Positions 22,946-24,631 of a stretch of DNA of 24,631 nucleotides are shown in pieces. The notes beneath the pieces were generated by a model that had not been told where the DNA came from, did not search any database, and saw only the letters and a program-made list of their open reading frames with translations. The position numbers and the translations under genes are program-made. The stretch is from Ginkgo biloba (Eukaryota > Plantae > Ginkgophyta), in NCBI GenBank assembly GCA_024626585.2, contig JANKJI020000004.1, positions 41,354,063-41,378,693 on the forward strand, written 5' to 3'. Position 1 is the first letter of the stretch. Each line of letters opens with the position of its first letter.

Positions 22946-24631
22946 GTGGGCCCCACTATTATTTTTTCATTATATATTATGATATTTTTTATTTGTGACA
23001 TGGATCTTGGTTATATTATGATTATAGTTCATGTATTATGATTTATCTCTATGTTTTATATCATTTGGAGTAATATGTTCCTGAGTATATGCAACTGAAG
23101 TCTATTCAATTAGGAACTAAGGAAAGAATAATTTTAAAAAATTATATGGATATTCAAATATATAATATTGATATATGAAATTTAAATAAAAAAAATATAA
23201 TTTTGATTCCTTATTCTCCCAATTTTTTTTTTTTAAGTTGGAAAAAATTGTAGCAAATTTTACAGCCATTTTGAAAATGTTTCACAAAAATTTAAAGTTT
23301 TAGAAAAGAATTCAAAGAAAATTTTAGAAAGTTTTTACATATTCATAAAATGCACATCTAAGGATATAATTTCAAGGGAAATTTGATTTGATTTGAGTTC
23401 ATAACATAGATATAATATTTAGTACAAGTTTATTTAGGGTTTTGGAGTTATTTTTAAGGCTTTGACTATAATTATAAGATATTCAAAATAAAAATCATGA
23501 ATTTATGGAACATTTTTTTATATGTAGAATATTTAGAGTATCCTACCCAAAATTAATATATGAATAACAAACATGTTCCACTATATTATATCATAATTAC
23601 TCCTAAATGATAGTATAGATTTTGGATCCGAGTTTCATATTTTTACTAGTGGTAGTTGAATTAGAGGTATTTTTTCTTATTTGTATTTTGTTTTATTTTT
23701 TATTGTTTACATTCATAAATTTAAGTATTTTATAGTTAAGTGGAAAAATAGTTTATATGAATTATCCATGGAAAATTTAAGAAAATTTAAGTTGGGTGTG
23801 ATTTATAGTCTTAGTCTAAAAATAATTAGAACTAGTAAAAGAAATACTATAAAATTATAGCGGAGAAATAAATATTGTGAAGAATATATGGATACACTTG
23901 TAATATGGGACAAAAAATCCATATTTCCTATTTTATGGATTAAGGAATTAGAGAGATATTTTTTATTCTTCAACCCATCTTAGATAGATAAGCAAAAAAT
24001 TATCTTTACTTATCTAAACCTTGGTACAAGACCAATGAGATGGTATGTAGACCAAAAATTATGTAATCATAGTGGATCATAGTAAAAATTATTAAGAATT
24101 TTATATAATAAATATGGAAGGAACAAATACCCAAAATAAACTAGATCATTGAGGGACTATATTAATAAATTTTCTATCATAGGAGAGTTGGAAGAGATAC
24201 TAGATTATAAATTATTAGAACTATTTATTATTAGGAGGGAGAAATCACTTTAACAATAATAACTAAATAACATAGGTATGGTCAATACCAGAAATACAAT
24301 GATAGTATGTCACTTCAATATCAAATACAAAAATAAACACACTATAATCACTACATGAAGAAAAAATGGCAGAATGATAGAATCTAGAGGAGGAGTGTCG
24401 AAGAAACTCAAATAATATTCATTTGATTTATTTACATATTTATAAAATATTATAGCTAATCAAATTTTATAGATTTAAATCAAATAAAATGGAACCTTTA
24501 TCTACCTCATTAATTTCTTTCTCCAAATCTTTCTTCTATTTTAATATTATATACCCTATTCACCTAACTTTAGTGAAATAAATTTACATAATAATACATT
24601 TGATAAATTAAAGAGGGAAAAATCATTACTC

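Noticed and set aside
1-24631. A novel functional multi-gene system or domesticated TE gene
   Set aside because: Every coding remnant is full of stops and frameshifts and matches ordinary Gypsy or L1 domains; nothing suggests preserved function.

Overview
AT-rich, strongly CpG-depleted plant intergenic or heterochromatic DNA made almost entirely of old, broken retrotransposons, with five assembly gaps. I find no intact gene, RNA gene or CRISPR array, and no evidence of a new functional system. The content is: (A) a minus-strand Ty3/Gypsy chromovirus remnant (3' LTR piece, PPT, integrase, RNase H stub, RT); (B) a near-complete plus-strand CRM-like Gypsy element (2939-9111) inserted in the middle of A's RT, with a decayed 5-bp TSD; a degenerate ~88-bp tandem array (~9490-10015); (C) a compact minus-strand LTR element (11317-14786) with both LTRs, PBS, PPT and a perfect TATTC TSD, carrying only partial gag, protease and the tail of pol; and two minus-strand L1-type LINE remnants. 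The most interesting points are structural: the two LINEs share a similar EN-RT linker but have very different RT domains (a likely chimera joined near the KSPG motif), element C has a gag-protease-only layout, and A's ~1-kb in-frame deletion ends at a perfect palindrome. The TE types and the deamination pattern suggest a large, heavily methylated plant genome, possibly a gymnosperm (inference only). All translations and alignments were done by eye.
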